A stretch of 63,902 nucleotides of DNA, counting the filler, from Octopus bimaculoides (Eukaryota): assembly GCF_001194135.2 (NCBI RefSeq). It is 7 parts of 7 records of this genome, joined end to end, with 100 filler letters (N's around TTAATTAATTAA, not from the genome) between each part and the next. Parts side by side here need not be neighbours in the genome. Positions count along the whole stretch, not along the records: positions 21,160 to 38,381 come from NC_068988.1; 6 more parts are not named here. One strand, written 5' to 3'. The number at the start of each line of letters is the position of its first letter. Within the stretch, counting starts at the first letter, position 1. Of this stretch, positions 22,021-35,304 are shown piece after piece. Position numbers and translations under genes: made by a program. The notes under the pieces were generated by a model, which was given only the letters and a program-made list of their open reading frames with translations, made no database searches and was not told where the DNA came from.

Positions 22021-22086
<66 letters not shown>

Positions 22087-23650
22087 CTCTCTCCATATAT
22101 NNNNNNNNNNNNNNNNNNNNNNNNNNNNNNNNNNNNNNNNNNNNNNNNNNNNNNNNNNNNNNNNNNNNNNNNNNNNNNNNNNNNNNNNNNNNNNNNNNNN
22201 NNNNNNNNNNNNNNNNNNNNNNNNNNNNNNNNNNNNNNNNNNNNNNNNNNNNNNNNNNNNNNNNNNNNNNNNNNNNNNNNNNNNNNNNNNNNNNNNNNNN
22301 NNNNNNNNNNNNNNNNNNNNNNNNNNNNNNNNNNNNNNNNNNNNNNNNNNNNNNNNNNNNNNNNNNNNNNNNNNNNNNNNNNNNNNNNNNNNNNNNNNNN
22401 NNNNNNNNNNNNNNNNNNNNNNNNNNNNNNNNNNNNNNNNNNNNNNNNNNNNNNNNNNNNNNNNNNNNNNNNNNNNNNNNNNNNNNNNNNNNNNNNNNNN
22501 NNNNNNNNNNNNNNNNNNNNNNNNNNNNNNNNNNNNNNNNNNNNNNNNNNNNNNNNNNNNNNNNNNNNNNNNNNNNNNNNNNNNNNNNNNNNNNNNNNNN
22601 NNNNNNNNNNNNNNNNNNNNNNNNNNNNNNNNNNNNNNNNNNNNNNNNNNNNNNNNNNNNNNNACGTTGATGGTGCTATCCAATTGTTAATAAAATATAC
22701 AAGGCGGTACCTAATGTGACTGTAGGCTATTGTTTCAGACTGTAAACAATAAATAAATGTAATATAATCGAAAATAGACATATATTTCCCTCTCACATCT
22801 TGGGCACGTGTTTATACTCACACACGCAGACACACACAAACACACACACGCACACAAACACACGCACACACAGACACGCATAGGCACACACACGTACACA
22901 TACACACATCTCTCTGAAGAAATACAAAAACTTTTTAAAAGAATTTTAGAGAAACGGAATGACGCAATTCTTTTGTCGCATTGTGTGCAAGCCTTTGGTA
23001 TCCATCTTTTTTTTTAAACACGCGGAGAGTAAACCGATAGATGACTCCATAACATGTGTTTAAAGTATTGAACAAAGAAAGCGCTTACACACAATTCGAA
23101 ATATACATCATACTATGTTCGTGTAATCCTGCTTTTCTAAGATTCTTAAAACCAATTTATTAAATTTTAAAAAGATGTTTCTTTATATCTAATTACAGTA
23201 TCAAGTATATTTTGCAATAAAAACATCTTATATATGCTATACGTACATACGCATACACTCACACACACATACACACACACGGACACGCACAGAAACAGGC
23301 ACACACACACTCACACACACACATATATATTTTGATTCTTGATAAACTCTTGTTTATCCTTGTCTTTACTTATAATCTATGCTTGCATATATATGCCCAC
23401 GGTTAAACATAGGTGATATACCGGTAGTGTAATGGATATTTCTATCCCTTAGTTGTTTATTTTTACCTCTAACTCAGCTAACCTAATATTTTACCTGCTT
23501 TTACTCATTAGGTTAAGAGAGAGAAATGGCGATAAATATGGTAACAATAACGACGATAACGTTGACAACATCAACAAGAACGACAACATTGACAACAACA
23601 CATATAGATGCAACAACAATTGCAATAACAAAAATAGTAAAATCAATATA

Positions 23651-23827
23651 GACGCAGGAGTGGCTGTGTGGTAAGTAGCTTGCTTACCAACCACATGGTT
23701 CTGGGTTCATTCCCACTGCGTGCACCTTGGGAAAGTGTTTTCCACTATAGCCTCGGGTTGACCAAAGCCTTGTGAGTGGATTTGGTAGACAGAAACTGAA
23801 AGAAGCCCGTCGTATATATGTATATAT
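23651..23827 (+). mobile_element. SINE family A, 5' half
   Basis: Head through GAAGCCCGTCG, ending in (TA)n. Confidence 0.9.
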
Positions 23828-24044
23828 GTCACACACAACATTCTGTATTATAGTACAACAATATTATTTGTTCATAAATAGTATCAAAGAATGCAAATAT
23901 AAGAATTACAGACTGATGCTTGGCTGTGGAACTTCGATATCGTTTGTTAGCTGACGTCATCCGCAGACGGGTTAATTTCTATGAAATTAAACCCGTTAGA
24001 TTTCATCTGGACGATTTATTATTACTGCCGTGAGGTGGCGTGCC

Positions 24045-24102
24045 AATCGTCGTAAAGTCGATCGGTCGTAAGTCGGATAAGTCGTAAGTCAACGACGACC
24101 TG
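24045..24102. mobile_element. Tigger/pogo-type MITE right end
   Basis: GTCGTAAGTC repeats ending ..ACGACCTG|TA, resembling the TACAGGTAGTCCTCGACTTACGAC-type TIR. Confidence 0.55.
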
Positions 24103-24134
24103 TACTCCGATGAAGTTCTGTACCATTTTCGTGT

Positions 24135-24266
24135 ACTCTGTCACATACACAAGACTTAGCTTGATCTGAGGCAATGACAACATACACTTAACCAAGATAC
24201 TATGTGTTGGGATCGAACCCGTGTTTTCATGACTGCGAAGCGAATTTCTTGACCACTCGGCCACGT
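24135..24266 (-). mobile_element. Old tRNA-headed SINE related to family A
   Basis: Minus strand GTGGCCGAGTGGTCAAG...GGTTCGATCCC (A-box and B-box). Confidence 0.65.
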
Positions 24267-24792
24267 GTTAGTGCAATCCCCACCGACAACAATATCGACA
24301 CTAATCTCTATACGCATAACAAAATAACATCACGTGAACCAAACAGTCTATCCACTGCTCGTATTTCACGAGAACAGGGAGCCTCTATCTCTATCTAGTC
24401 GTAAGACCTAATAGACGTAAGTCACATTTCCTTCATATCACACATTACCATGTAAAAGACAAAAATGGTAGTACTAAATACACGGTATCAGATATAAGAA
24501 AAATCGCGATGGTCATGAATGGAATGTCATTCACAGTTGTAGGGACTAAACAACAAAATTACATATCGTTCTCAAACATCTCAATCACCACAATTTCCAA
24601 CAACTTACAGTAATTATTTTTTCATTTAAAAAATACTTTTTTTATTATCATTATCATCAACCAAATGTAAATAGAAAATTAAAAAAAAATGTGGCCTTTG
24701 AAATATCTAAAAATCAATTAGTTTGTATCGATATTCTACGCTCATAAACATAATAAAGGTAAGAAAATATATAAAGCCGACTTTTCTACGTC

Positions 24793-24844
<52 letters not shown>

Positions 24845-25022
24845 TTCCTATGCGCGTATCTGTATATTTTCCCTATGTATGTATGCCTGCATGTATATAT
24901 GTTTGTATGTATGGTTGTATGTGTGCATATCAGTATGTATGTATGCATGTATGTATGGTTGTATGAGTGTATATCTGTATGTACCATTACATGTATTTAT
25001 GTATGAACGTATCTATCAATGA

Positions 25023-25088
<66 letters not shown>

Positions 25089-25674
25089 TTACTTTTCACT
25101 TCCTTTTCTCTTCCTATTTCACTCTCATCACAAAACTAAGAGAAACATTTAAATTGTCAAATTAATTATTTTTCAACCATTTAATGTTCTCTTTGAAAAA
25201 GGAAGACAAAAAGGCCAAAAAAACTAAATAAATAAAGAAACAAATAAAATTGGTAAAACGCACACGCGCGCATGCGCAAAAATTAACAGTTCGCCATTTA
25301 ATTTGACTAGCTTGTCTGTCTCATTCAAAGACTGACAAAATGTATCTATTGGAAATAAAGTTATCTCCAAAGACTAGTTTGTTTGTCAGGAACCAGGAAC
25401 GGAAAGTCTCAAAAGAATCATATGTCTATGAGAAATTTAGTATTTGAAAATAAAATGAAATAAAATAAATAGGCTGTCTCTGTCATAAGTGGACTGTCCC
25501 CACGAAATATATAGTTAAAAAAAAATATTAAAAAAATACAAATTATCTTTGTAGTAGTTTTTTGTTTGTCTTTTTGTTTGCTGTTGTCGCAGACGTTGTT
25601 GTAGTTATTCTTGCTGTTGTTTCGTCTCATGCCCGGGCCTGACCTCGGCTGCCCAGTGAACAATGATACTCCAG

Positions 25675-25834
25675 TCATCATCACCATCATCGTCCTCCTC
25701 CTCCTCCTCATCATCATCATCATCATCATCGTCCTCATCATCATCATCATCATCATCATCATCGTCATCATCATCCTCACTATCATCATCACCGCTATCA
25801 TCATTGCCACTAACATCGTCGTCGTCATGATCGG

Positions 25835-25887
<53 letters not shown>

Positions 25888-26091
25888 ATATCATCATCAT
25901 CATCATCATTATCATCATCATCATTATCATCATCATCATCATCATTATCATCATCATCATTATCATCATCATCNNNNNNNNNNATCATCATCATCATTAT
26001 CATCATCATCATCACCATCACCATCATCATCATCATCATCATCTTCATCATCATCATCATCATCATTATCATCTTCATCATCATCATTATC

Positions 26092-26127
<36 letters not shown>

Positions 26128-26173
26128 TATCATCAGCATATTCACCATCACCATCATCATCATCATCATCATC

Positions 26174-26212
<39 letters not shown>

Positions 26213-26230
26213 TTCATCATCATCATTATC

Positions 26231-26262
<32 letters not shown>

Positions 26263-26471
26263 ACTTCATCATCATCATCATCATCATCATCATCTTCATC
26301 ATCATCATCTTCATCATCATCGTCATCGTCATCATGATCATCATCATCATTGTCGTCCATCCTCGTAATCATCGTCATTACGATCGTCATCGTCGTAGAC
26401 ACCATCCTTCGTCAACGTTCTCATTACCGTCATCATTACCGTCATCATTAGCACCGTCATCGTCATTCCAT
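25675..26471. repeat. Long degenerate (ATC)n trinucleotide microsatellite
   Basis: About 800 bp of ATC/ATT/GTC units; source of the poly-I/H/S/M/D pseudo-ORFs. Confidence 0.95.
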
Positions 26472-26749
26472 NNNNNNNNNNNNNNNNNNNNNNNNNNNNN
26501 NNNNNNNNNNNNNNNNNNNNNNNNNNNNNNNNNNNNNNNNNNNNNNNNNNNNNNNNNNNNNNNNNNNNNNNNNNNNNNNNNNNNNNNNNNNNNNNNNNNN
26601 NNNNNNNNNNNNNNNNNNNNNNNNNNNNNNNNNNNNNNNNNNNNNNNNNNNNNNNNNNNNNNNNNNNNNNNNNNNNNNNNNNNNNNNNNNNNNNGTGTGT
26701 GTGTGTGTGTGTGTATACACATAGATATATACATATATATATATACATG

Positions 26750-26946
26750 TCTGTGTTTGTACCTCACCATCGCTTGACAACCGATGTTGGTGTGTTTAGG
26801 TCCCCGTAGCATAGCGGTTCGGCAAAAGAGACCGATAGAATAAGTACCAAGCTTACAAAGAATAAGTCTAGAGTGGATTTCTTCGACTAAAAAAGGTAGT
26901 ACTCCAGCATGGCCACAGTCATAAATGACTGAAACAAGTAAAAGAA
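26750..26946 (+). mobile_element. SINE family A, 3' half (5' part lost in or before the gap)
   Basis: CATCGCTTGACAACCGATG...ATGACTGAAACAAGTAAAAGA. Confidence 0.88.
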
Positions 26947-27324
26947 CTTATTTAGTTATTAATGAATGAATGAACTAATTTATCTTTAGTAAGTTTTGGC
27001 TGCTCGTTTTAGCAGGTCACTGGTCTCTATACTGACTCGTTTGCTAGCTTGTGTAAATGTTTCAGCCATTAAACGAGACTGGTAGTGCTTACTCAATATG
27101 TATTTGCTTTAAGACTGTAGTATTAATTAATTAATTAATTAATTAATTAATTACTTGATATATTGATTTATTTATTTCGTGTAGCAAGTTTTGGCTACCC
27201 TTTTGCAGGTCAATGGGCACCATACATGTTTCCTTGTTCGCTTCTCTAAAAGTCTGATTCAATTAATAGAAAACTGGTGTACATACTCAGTTCATATATG
27301 CTTTAAGGATTCTGAAAAAAAATA

Positions 27325-27557
27325 AGCATACTTTTATGGTTGCGACGACCTACACGTGTTTCCGCTGCTATGAGTATGGGCAGTCGCATATGCAACCGGG
27401 AATAATTTTCTGTGCAGCTTCTTTCAAGGTCTTTCGACTAGCTTGACTTAAAGCGAACTCGAAGCTGCACAGAAAATTATGCCTGGTTGCATGTGCAACT
27501 GCCCATACTCAGAGCAGAGGAAACACGAGTAGGTTGCCTTAACCATGAAAATATGCT
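27325..27557. mobile_element. Fold-back element (97-bp arms, 39-bp loop)
   Basis: Arms 27325-27421 / 27461-27557, about 85% inverted identity by eye. Confidence 0.75.
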
Positions 27558-27834
27558 GTATGACATTGTAAATAAAAGAAAATAAATGTTGAGGTTTTAC
27601 CAATTTCCATATTCTCTATCGTTATAATTACTGCTAATATACACTACAAATAATATTACTATCCACTGAAGCGAACACAGAATTGCCTATCGGAGGAATT
27701 TACCGCGAGTGACAACTCCTAGTAGTCATAGACGTTAAATACTAATAGATGCGGTTAACTGTAACCTGAAACACAGCTGAGAACTACCAAGGTTTCCGAC
27801 CGGATAATATACCGCTCTGTACTCACATGGTGTA

Positions 27835-27975
27835 TTAAAAAAAAATTTTAAAACACGAACTCGAAGACAAGATACAAAGAACAACAAACCGATTGTTTTG
27901 GGTTTGTGCTCAGGGAATGGAGAGCGAAATGTCTTTTACATTCGAGCCTACGATCTTCTACAGAAAGTAAAGAAT
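27835..27975 (-). mobile_element. Family D pseudo-LTR, degenerate, with hammerhead remnant (27931-27968)
   Basis: Minus strand TTT-CTGTAGAAGATCGTAGGCTC-GAAT-GTAAAAGAC, followed by family D downstream sequence. Confidence 0.6.
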
Positions 27976-28659
27976 AGATGATTAAAAAATTGACATATAA
28001 TAGAACAAACTCGTATTAATTAGACCATCACCGGATACATGCATGTACTGCATGTATTTATGTATGTCTGTACGTATTTATGCATGCATGCTTGTATCTA
28101 TATATTCATGCGTGTATGTACGTTTGTAAGTATATATATATATATATATATACACATATAATACATATATACATATATATTTCATATACATCAGACACGT
28201 ATGCTAGAAAGACGCAGGGAGCTATAGTTATTTTAGCACTTTACATGATTACAGCTTAATTCACTGTGAAGATCAATTTATGTCTCAAGATAGAAACTAT
28301 AATTATTATACTGATGATTTCCTGTATCATCACATTGAATATACATCTTGAGAGATCCACCAAGGAATTTAGTAATATATGTGTTCCAGTGGTATTGCTC
28401 TCAAGTTTAGCTTAGAATACTTTAATGGTTTCGTTTTAAGGATACCCATGATCGGCTGGAATATATACCAATGCCAATTAACAAGCAGCGATACGAAATT
28501 ATTGAAAGACTTTCCATTTGATTGATAACGGTTGCCAAATGTTGTGTTTATTTTTATTTATAGCAAATGAGTAATGTATAAATTATATATAATTTATATT
28601 CATTTCATCGAAGGGAAAACGAGCAAGTTGTAAAATACCGATGAACTGTTGTCGCAAAG

Positions 28660-29042
28660 GTACTGCAATGTGGTTTCAAACTCGTTTTGAAACCACATAA
28701 TTTTGGGTTCAATCCTGTTGTGCGGCACTTTGGGGGAAGCATTTTCGACTATAGCTCCGGAGTGGCCATTGTTTTCTGAATCTTCTCGACGGAAACTGAA
28801 CGGAAGGCCGTTGTATATATATGAGAAGGTATGTGTGTATCTTTGTCTTTATGCTGTGTTTGTGCCACATCTGTTGTTAGTTTGTTTACGTCCTCGAGAA
28901 TTAGCATCTCGGAAAATGAGAATGATGTAATACATATCAGACTTTAAAACAAAACAATGTACCGATGTCAATTTGTTCGACTAAACCTTTCAAGGTTGTG
29001 CTCCAGTATGATCGCAGTCCAATGACCGAAACAAGAAAAAGA
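28660..29042 (+). mobile_element. SINE family A, old full-length copy
   Basis: Degenerate but colinear head, body and tail (AATGACCGAAACAAG). Confidence 0.75.
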
Positions 29043-29741
29043 TTATTAAAGATAAAAAACGCAACAATTAAAAACATTTGCACGACAATCTTCAACATCA
29101 CATGATTAGACACTTGCCGCGAAAAAAACAATACACGTTTCCTCTAGCAGAAGATAATGGTGGAAGTAGAGCGAAAAATATAAGCCAAATTTTCTGAATT
29201 TAGCACTCTAGTGTCGAACGACACTTGTATAAAGTTGTTCGCTACAGGAAACCAAAAACGCAATGGTTACAGGTGGATTTTCCTAGTGCAATATGTTTAT
29301 ACGTTCAGAACTATTCTTGGTGGAAAATATCAACATTATCATTACTATCCATCCAACTTATCTGAAGATCATTTGTTTGAATATGATTTTCTATCATGAA
29401 TGATTGTTTCAGTCTTCTCTTGAATCTCTGAATTCATTCAACCTTGGAAGCCAGTGATTATTAAACAAAAAGTATTTTTGTTTCGTTTTTCTTTCTAAAC
29501 CGTTGCCTCCTTTTCGAAGTTTGCATTTCTGTTGTCAATTTATATGGATATTAAGTGCGTGGCTTAGCTCTATTCAACATGTCACATGCTGGGTGAGCTA
29601 CAGGTTATGCGAAAAATGATATCAGTCAAATGAAAAACGAAATGGAATACAAACTCCATTCCTCCTAACTTAGCGACATAACAACATAATAAAATTTCTG
29701 TCAGCTATTGGTGGGTATAGTAATTAATAGTCCAAAGTACA

Positions 29742-29827
<86 letters not shown>

Positions 29828-29828
29828 A

Positions 29829-29863
<35 letters not shown>

Positions 29864-32295
29864 GAAAGTGAGTGAGAGACAGAGAGAGAAAATGAAAGAG
29901 AGAAAGGAATTCATTTTATTATCATTTGTTAACCCTTTAGTTAAATTTGGAACAAATATTTCAACCAACTGCGTAAATGGAAATGTGAATATAAAAAATT
30001 ACTATATATATATTTTTTTGTTTTGTAATCCATTAGAGTTTTTGTTAATAGTTTTCCTAAATATTTTTTATAATGTGTATCAGATACGGAGTGGGTGGTT
30101 CGCTTGACTGTTACAGCTATATTCGATTAAGCATCAGTTTTACTCATAACTCATAGCAAACATAAAATCACTAGAAATCATCGGTTTAAACTTGCTTGAC
30201 TGGAATTACCAGCCTGAAATGATTTCGGTGGCTAAGTTGAAGCTACTGGTTGGAAAATTTCGTCGCATTGCTGATGTTTGTTTTCTTTTTGTTATTGTTT
30301 TTCTGGGTGATAATGTTAGTGATGATGGTGACAGTAATCTTCCTTGATCGATGCAACTTATGTTCGAATGCGTTACAGCCTGGCCATTCAGTTTGATTTT
30401 AAAAACACGATGCATCTAGAATTACATAATCGAATATATCTTGCCTTTATTAAAATGGTAGTAGTTTGAGATTTGAAAGAGGTTTAGCCTCTATGATTAG
30501 TTAATCCAACGACTACGAAGTCTTTTCGTCAGTTAGCCCATGACGTTGATGTTAGTTTAATAATTTCGATATGGTAGTAAGACAATTGCAGGTGGAGTAA
30601 CTCATAATGATTTTGGTATCTATTAGAATAATACACATAACACGATTAGCAATCTTCTTTGTTTTAGAATAAAGGAATTACAATTAAGCAACATCGTTCC
30701 TAGCTCTAAATAACTATGCTGATCTGATGAGCTTTAAGATGTTAGAAACTACTCTGTAGTTCACATGCTATCTGAAAATAAAAACTAAATTTTTTAAAGG
30801 ACGATAATTAATAATTTCATGTCAAGACAATTATTTTCTTAAAATCACTTCTTTTCTGTGAGAGTCGCTAACAAATTTTGGTAGTCGTTTTTCTTTTCTT
30901 TAGTTGAATAAGAGGCATATTTAAATTTAATACGAATATTTTGCATATGTCATTCAGTGCATCGCGACCTATCGTGTTCATCAAAATTCATGCCTTGAGT
31001 CTATTTTACTTACTTCCCTTAGTAAGTAGAATCTTGTTTTAAAGATCTTAAGATGAAAGGATATGAATTGAATCCATTACTGGAAACTAGTTTCATGGAT
31101 AAATCTAATAGCAGCAGTATCTATAAGAGTAACAACAGCATCAACAACAACTGCAATATCTAAAAATAAAGAATTAAACAAGAAAAACTGAAACAATTAC
31201 AATAACATCAGAAACGATAAAAGGAACTCAACATAGTTCGTAAAGTCGATAAAGAGGAACGAAATAGCAATAAAAGCAATGCTATGCTCAGTGAAACTTA
31301 AGAGAGAACGATCAATAACAGCAATGGCAAGAACATTGCAACGATTGAGATCTTGTGAGGAATTTTCAGTCGCTAGAAATAGCAGCCAACGTTTATTAAA
31401 TCGCTTTCGGTCGCCTTAGAAAATTAGCACGAGGATTATATACAAAAGGAGAAAACAAACAGCAAAATATGTACAAAATAAAGAACAAAAAGAAGAGGTG
31501 AAGCAAAACCGTGCAGCAGCAAATGGCACTAAAATGTATAAGACTGGAATACGTATTATTAATCACGTCACTTCTGTCATTATCACGTTAAACATGGGAA
31601 ATAAGATCGCCAATAACTACAACAAACGATTCAACGAGAGAGCTGCGACTGGATCATTTGTCCTCCTAGAAATAGTCGGCAAATCTTCCTCATATCTCAC
31701 ACTACTCTTTTCTTAACAGGCGACCGTGGATGATGTAGTGAGATATAATATTACTGTTCATGTTTTGGTGTGTTTCTTTGCGGGAGATAATAAGAAATTT
31801 GACGTTCCCAGGTTTATCAGTCATCACCAGGATAGGACAAATATTGTAAAAAAAGGGAAATTTAGGTTGTACTGTGAAGTTATAAGGGAATAGCTGGAAG
31901 AGAATTGAGAGAGGATTCAGATGTTATAATCCGAAGTGAGTATAATATGGTGGAACAAATGAAAGGGATTTTATAAATTGAATACATCTACTCTGTAATA
32001 TAATAAGATTGAATGCAAGTGACGACGTTCAGTATGCAACTGAGTATGAAAATGGAGTCCACTGGACTCTGTCGCACGTGTCCATCAGCCTCCGGATATA
32101 CACTCGTAGAGTTATATTTTATCATACTTTTTATATATGGTTAGCATTCGATAATGATTCTTTGATGACTATAATTCAGTCCAATTTCACATTTGTTTGC
32201 AGACCCTTTTTTCGAATAAGTTTTTTAAACAGCAGTATCGGAAAAGGATCCTCCGTCCCACCACAATGGACTTTCAAGAACCCCTTTCAATTAAT

Positions 32296-32347
<52 letters not shown>

Positions 32348-32360
32348 GTAAAAATATGTG

Positions 32361-32440
32361 ACACTGATTCGGTAGCCATGATAAAACACCGAGTTTCGGA
32401 TGCCGGGATGGGAACCCACGCCAACATCTCTTCAGTAAAG
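32361..32440 (-). ncRNA. Hammerhead-like motif next to (TA)n; helix I eroded
   Basis: Minus strand CTGAAGA-GATGTTGG(14 nt)CCGGCATC-C-GAAA-CTCGGT(14 nt)ACCGAAT-C. Helix II 8 bp, helix III 6 of 7 pairs. Confidence 0.5.
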
Positions 32441-32821
32441 TTATGACAATAAGGAATAACAAACAAATACGCAAACAAACAAACAAAAAACAAAACAAAA
32501 TAAAAAAAAAGTCCGTCCTCTGAAATCTGAAATCTCGTTGTAACTTGAATGAATGAAGAATAAGAGCAGAGAGCTTGTTTGCGTTGTAATTGGCAAATAT
32601 AGAATTATTCTTCGCCAACATCCTTCTAAAGGAATTGTATATGTTATAATCTCGTTCCTGCCGTCCCCCTTAGCTGAATATCTAAATGAGCATATCCGTT
32701 TTTTGAACATTATCCTGTATACAAGGCAACATATATTTTATTTGAGTTGACCAAATCATAATCTCTTTACACGCTGTAACACTTGAAAACCTTTATTTAT
32801 CTACACAAACACTACAACTTA

Positions 32822-33058
32822 TGTTAGTTATACACAGTCGACCACCGACCTCGTTCATTAACACTCGCCTCAACACTCAGCTCATTTATATAAGCTATAT
32901 CATTTACATTATGTTTCCCTCGTTACGTTTAGTGTTGTTTATGTTGCTTTAAAAGCTGTTCCTATCCGAGGCTTACATATGTTATATTTTACCGAGGAAA
33001 CCTAATAAAAACGGAACATTTTCGATATTGTCTCCCATCCTTGCTAGAGTAGTTAACA
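32822..33058 (+). mobile_element. Putative solo LTR (237 bp)
   Basis: TGTTA...TAACA termini, TATATAA and AATAAA inside; no TSD. Confidence 0.35.
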
Positions 33059-33075
33059 ATATTAAGTCGTTTGTA

Positions 33076-33308
33076 GGGCTGGGAGCTGGCAGAAACGTTA
33101 GCACGCCTGAGGAAATACTTAGCTGGATTTCGTCCTCTGTTACGTTCTGAGTTCAAACTCCGCTGCGGTCGACTTTGCCTTTTATCCTTTTGGGGTCGAT
33201 TAAATAAGTACCAGTTACGCACTGGGGTCGATATAATCGACTTAATGCTTTTGTCTCTCCACGTTTGTCCCCCTTATGTTTAACCCCTTGTGGGTAATAA
33301 AGAAATAA
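33076..33308 (+). mobile_element. SINE family B, full length, tail type 1
   Basis: Colinear with 21311-21545. Confidence 0.9.
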
Positions 33309-33804
33309 ATATTAATTTATAAATATTATCAACACTACATTCTAATTAGCTCATTTTCAAGCTAGTCATACGCAATATCTTAACACTAATTTGGCTGTTG
33401 ATTTTCACTCAGACAACATCTCTGAGTAATTTCTTCACATGCTTACCACTAAGTGTAGCTATTCGCATCGCCATTGCACAGCATAAGAAGAACATACCAC
33501 CCACCCACCAGCCCTATGGCTTGCTCTTCCAGTAAAATAATTTGCGTTACCCCAAATTGTAAGGCACTTAAAATCTACAAGACAGACATTGCAAGCTCAG
33601 CGGTGTATCTTTGTGAAAAAGTAGGAGGAGTTTAGAGATAATATAGCGTGGAAAGATTCAAAACGATAAATGTCTGTGAAAACACGAAGTTAGCAACGGT
33701 ATGTGTGTGTGTGTGTGTGAGTGTGTGTGTGTGTGCAGTTTATATGGAAACTGAAGCTCAGAGTTGGCCTCGAGTCGAATTTCATGCCAGTGCAATATAG
33801 CGAT

Positions 33805-33858
<54 letters not shown>

Positions 33859-33884
33859 GTGCGTATCTTTGTTTATATATATAT

Positions 33885-33926
<42 letters not shown>

Positions 33927-34084
33927 TGTATGTGTGTGCTTATGTATGCATGTCTCTTCTATTTTTTTCATTATTATAAATCTTCCACTGAGGAGGGAGC
34001 CGGTACCCATGTATGCAGCCAGACTTCCCACGTGATCAGAAGAGATAAACCTATTTCCCCTTTATCATGTAACTTATTTTCCTT

Positions 34085-34298
34085 TCTTTTCTACTCTAGG
34101 CACAAGGCCCGGAATTTTGGGAGAGGGGGCCAGTCAATTACATCGACCCCAGTACGCAAATGGTACTCAATTCATCGACCCCGAAAGGGTAAAAGTCAAA
34201 GTCGACCTCGGCGGAATTTGAACTCAGAACGTAAAGACAGACGAAATACTGCTAGGCATTTCGCCCGGCGTGCAAACGTTTCTGCCAGCTCGCAGCTT
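34085..34298 (-). mobile_element. SINE family B, full length, tail type 2
   Basis: Reverse complement; tail GGCCTTGTGCCTAGAGTAGAAAAGAA. Confidence 0.9.
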
Positions 34299-34432
34299 TA
34301 TCATGTAAATTATATTAACATGATACAACTATTATATTGGATGACAAATATATTAAGTTTCGACCTTCATTTTTAATCATAATGTCTCACTGGTAACATG
34401 TGATACTTTTAACTTACGTGTTAACATGCACA

Positions 34433-34499
<67 letters not shown>

Positions 34500-34889
34500 A
34501 CACACACACATTTTCACAATTGTATCAACACTTTCTCTCTTCTCCCACTTCTCGTTCTCTGCCCGATACAGATAAAAATGCTTTAAGCCCTCCACACACG
34601 ACGACAGAATGTAATGGAAACAAAATGTGACTTCATCTCAAAGCGTTTCACTCAACATTGTTTTCATCACTTTTTCACAAAGTTACTTAATTTTGTTGTT
34701 GTTACTAATTCTATAACAAAAATATGCTTTCTATATTTCTTTTAATCAAGAGTGGGGGAAAAGGTATTCACGATCTTTCACAGAGCCTCCAAGAATGTTG
34801 GGAGAGAGGAAAAAATGTGTCCGCAAACCGGAGGCTTTAGATGAATGTTTGAAACAGCCCGGATGCTAGGTTTTGAGTTAAAACAGAAA

Positions 34890-35069
34890 CATGTGAGCTG
34901 TGTTGGACGTTTGCTTCTCAACTACATGGTTACGGGTTCAGTCCCACTGCGTTGTACCTTGGACAAGTGTTTTCTGCTATAACCTCGGGTCGACCAAAGA
35001 CTGGTGAGTGGATCTGATAGACGGGAACAGAAAGAATTGTGTTGTAAAGATATATATGAGTGTGCGTGT

Positions 35070-35122
<53 letters not shown>

Positions 35123-35304
35123 TGTGTAGCTGTGTGTGAGTGTGTGTTTATATATATGCGTATGTGTGTGTGCTTGAAAAAAGGAATAGAATTGAATTTT
35201 CTATTAATTTCTATTCATTTTCTCAAATTTGTATGTGTGTATTTGTGACTTTGTTCCCTTCCAAAGCTTGATATCGGTGTTCGTTTGTTTACGTCACCGC
35301 AACT
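34890..35304 (+). mobile_element. SINE family A, old, with expanded internal (TG)n
   Basis: GGTTCAGTCCCACTGCG..CCTCGGGTCGACCAAAG; body resumes after the microsatellite. Confidence 0.75.

Noticed and set aside
25418-26812. Poly-Ile/Met/His/Ser/Asp ORFs up to 388 aa
   Set aside because: Translations of the (ATC)n microsatellite; the same applies to the YI-, CV-, HT- and LS-repeat ORFs elsewhere
29204-29272. Possible exon HSSVERHLYKVVRYRKPKTQWLQ; also 13-14 nt AG/GT segments at 2102-2114 and 35813-35826
   Set aside because: Weak donor or too short to distinguish from chance, and no phase-linked neighbours
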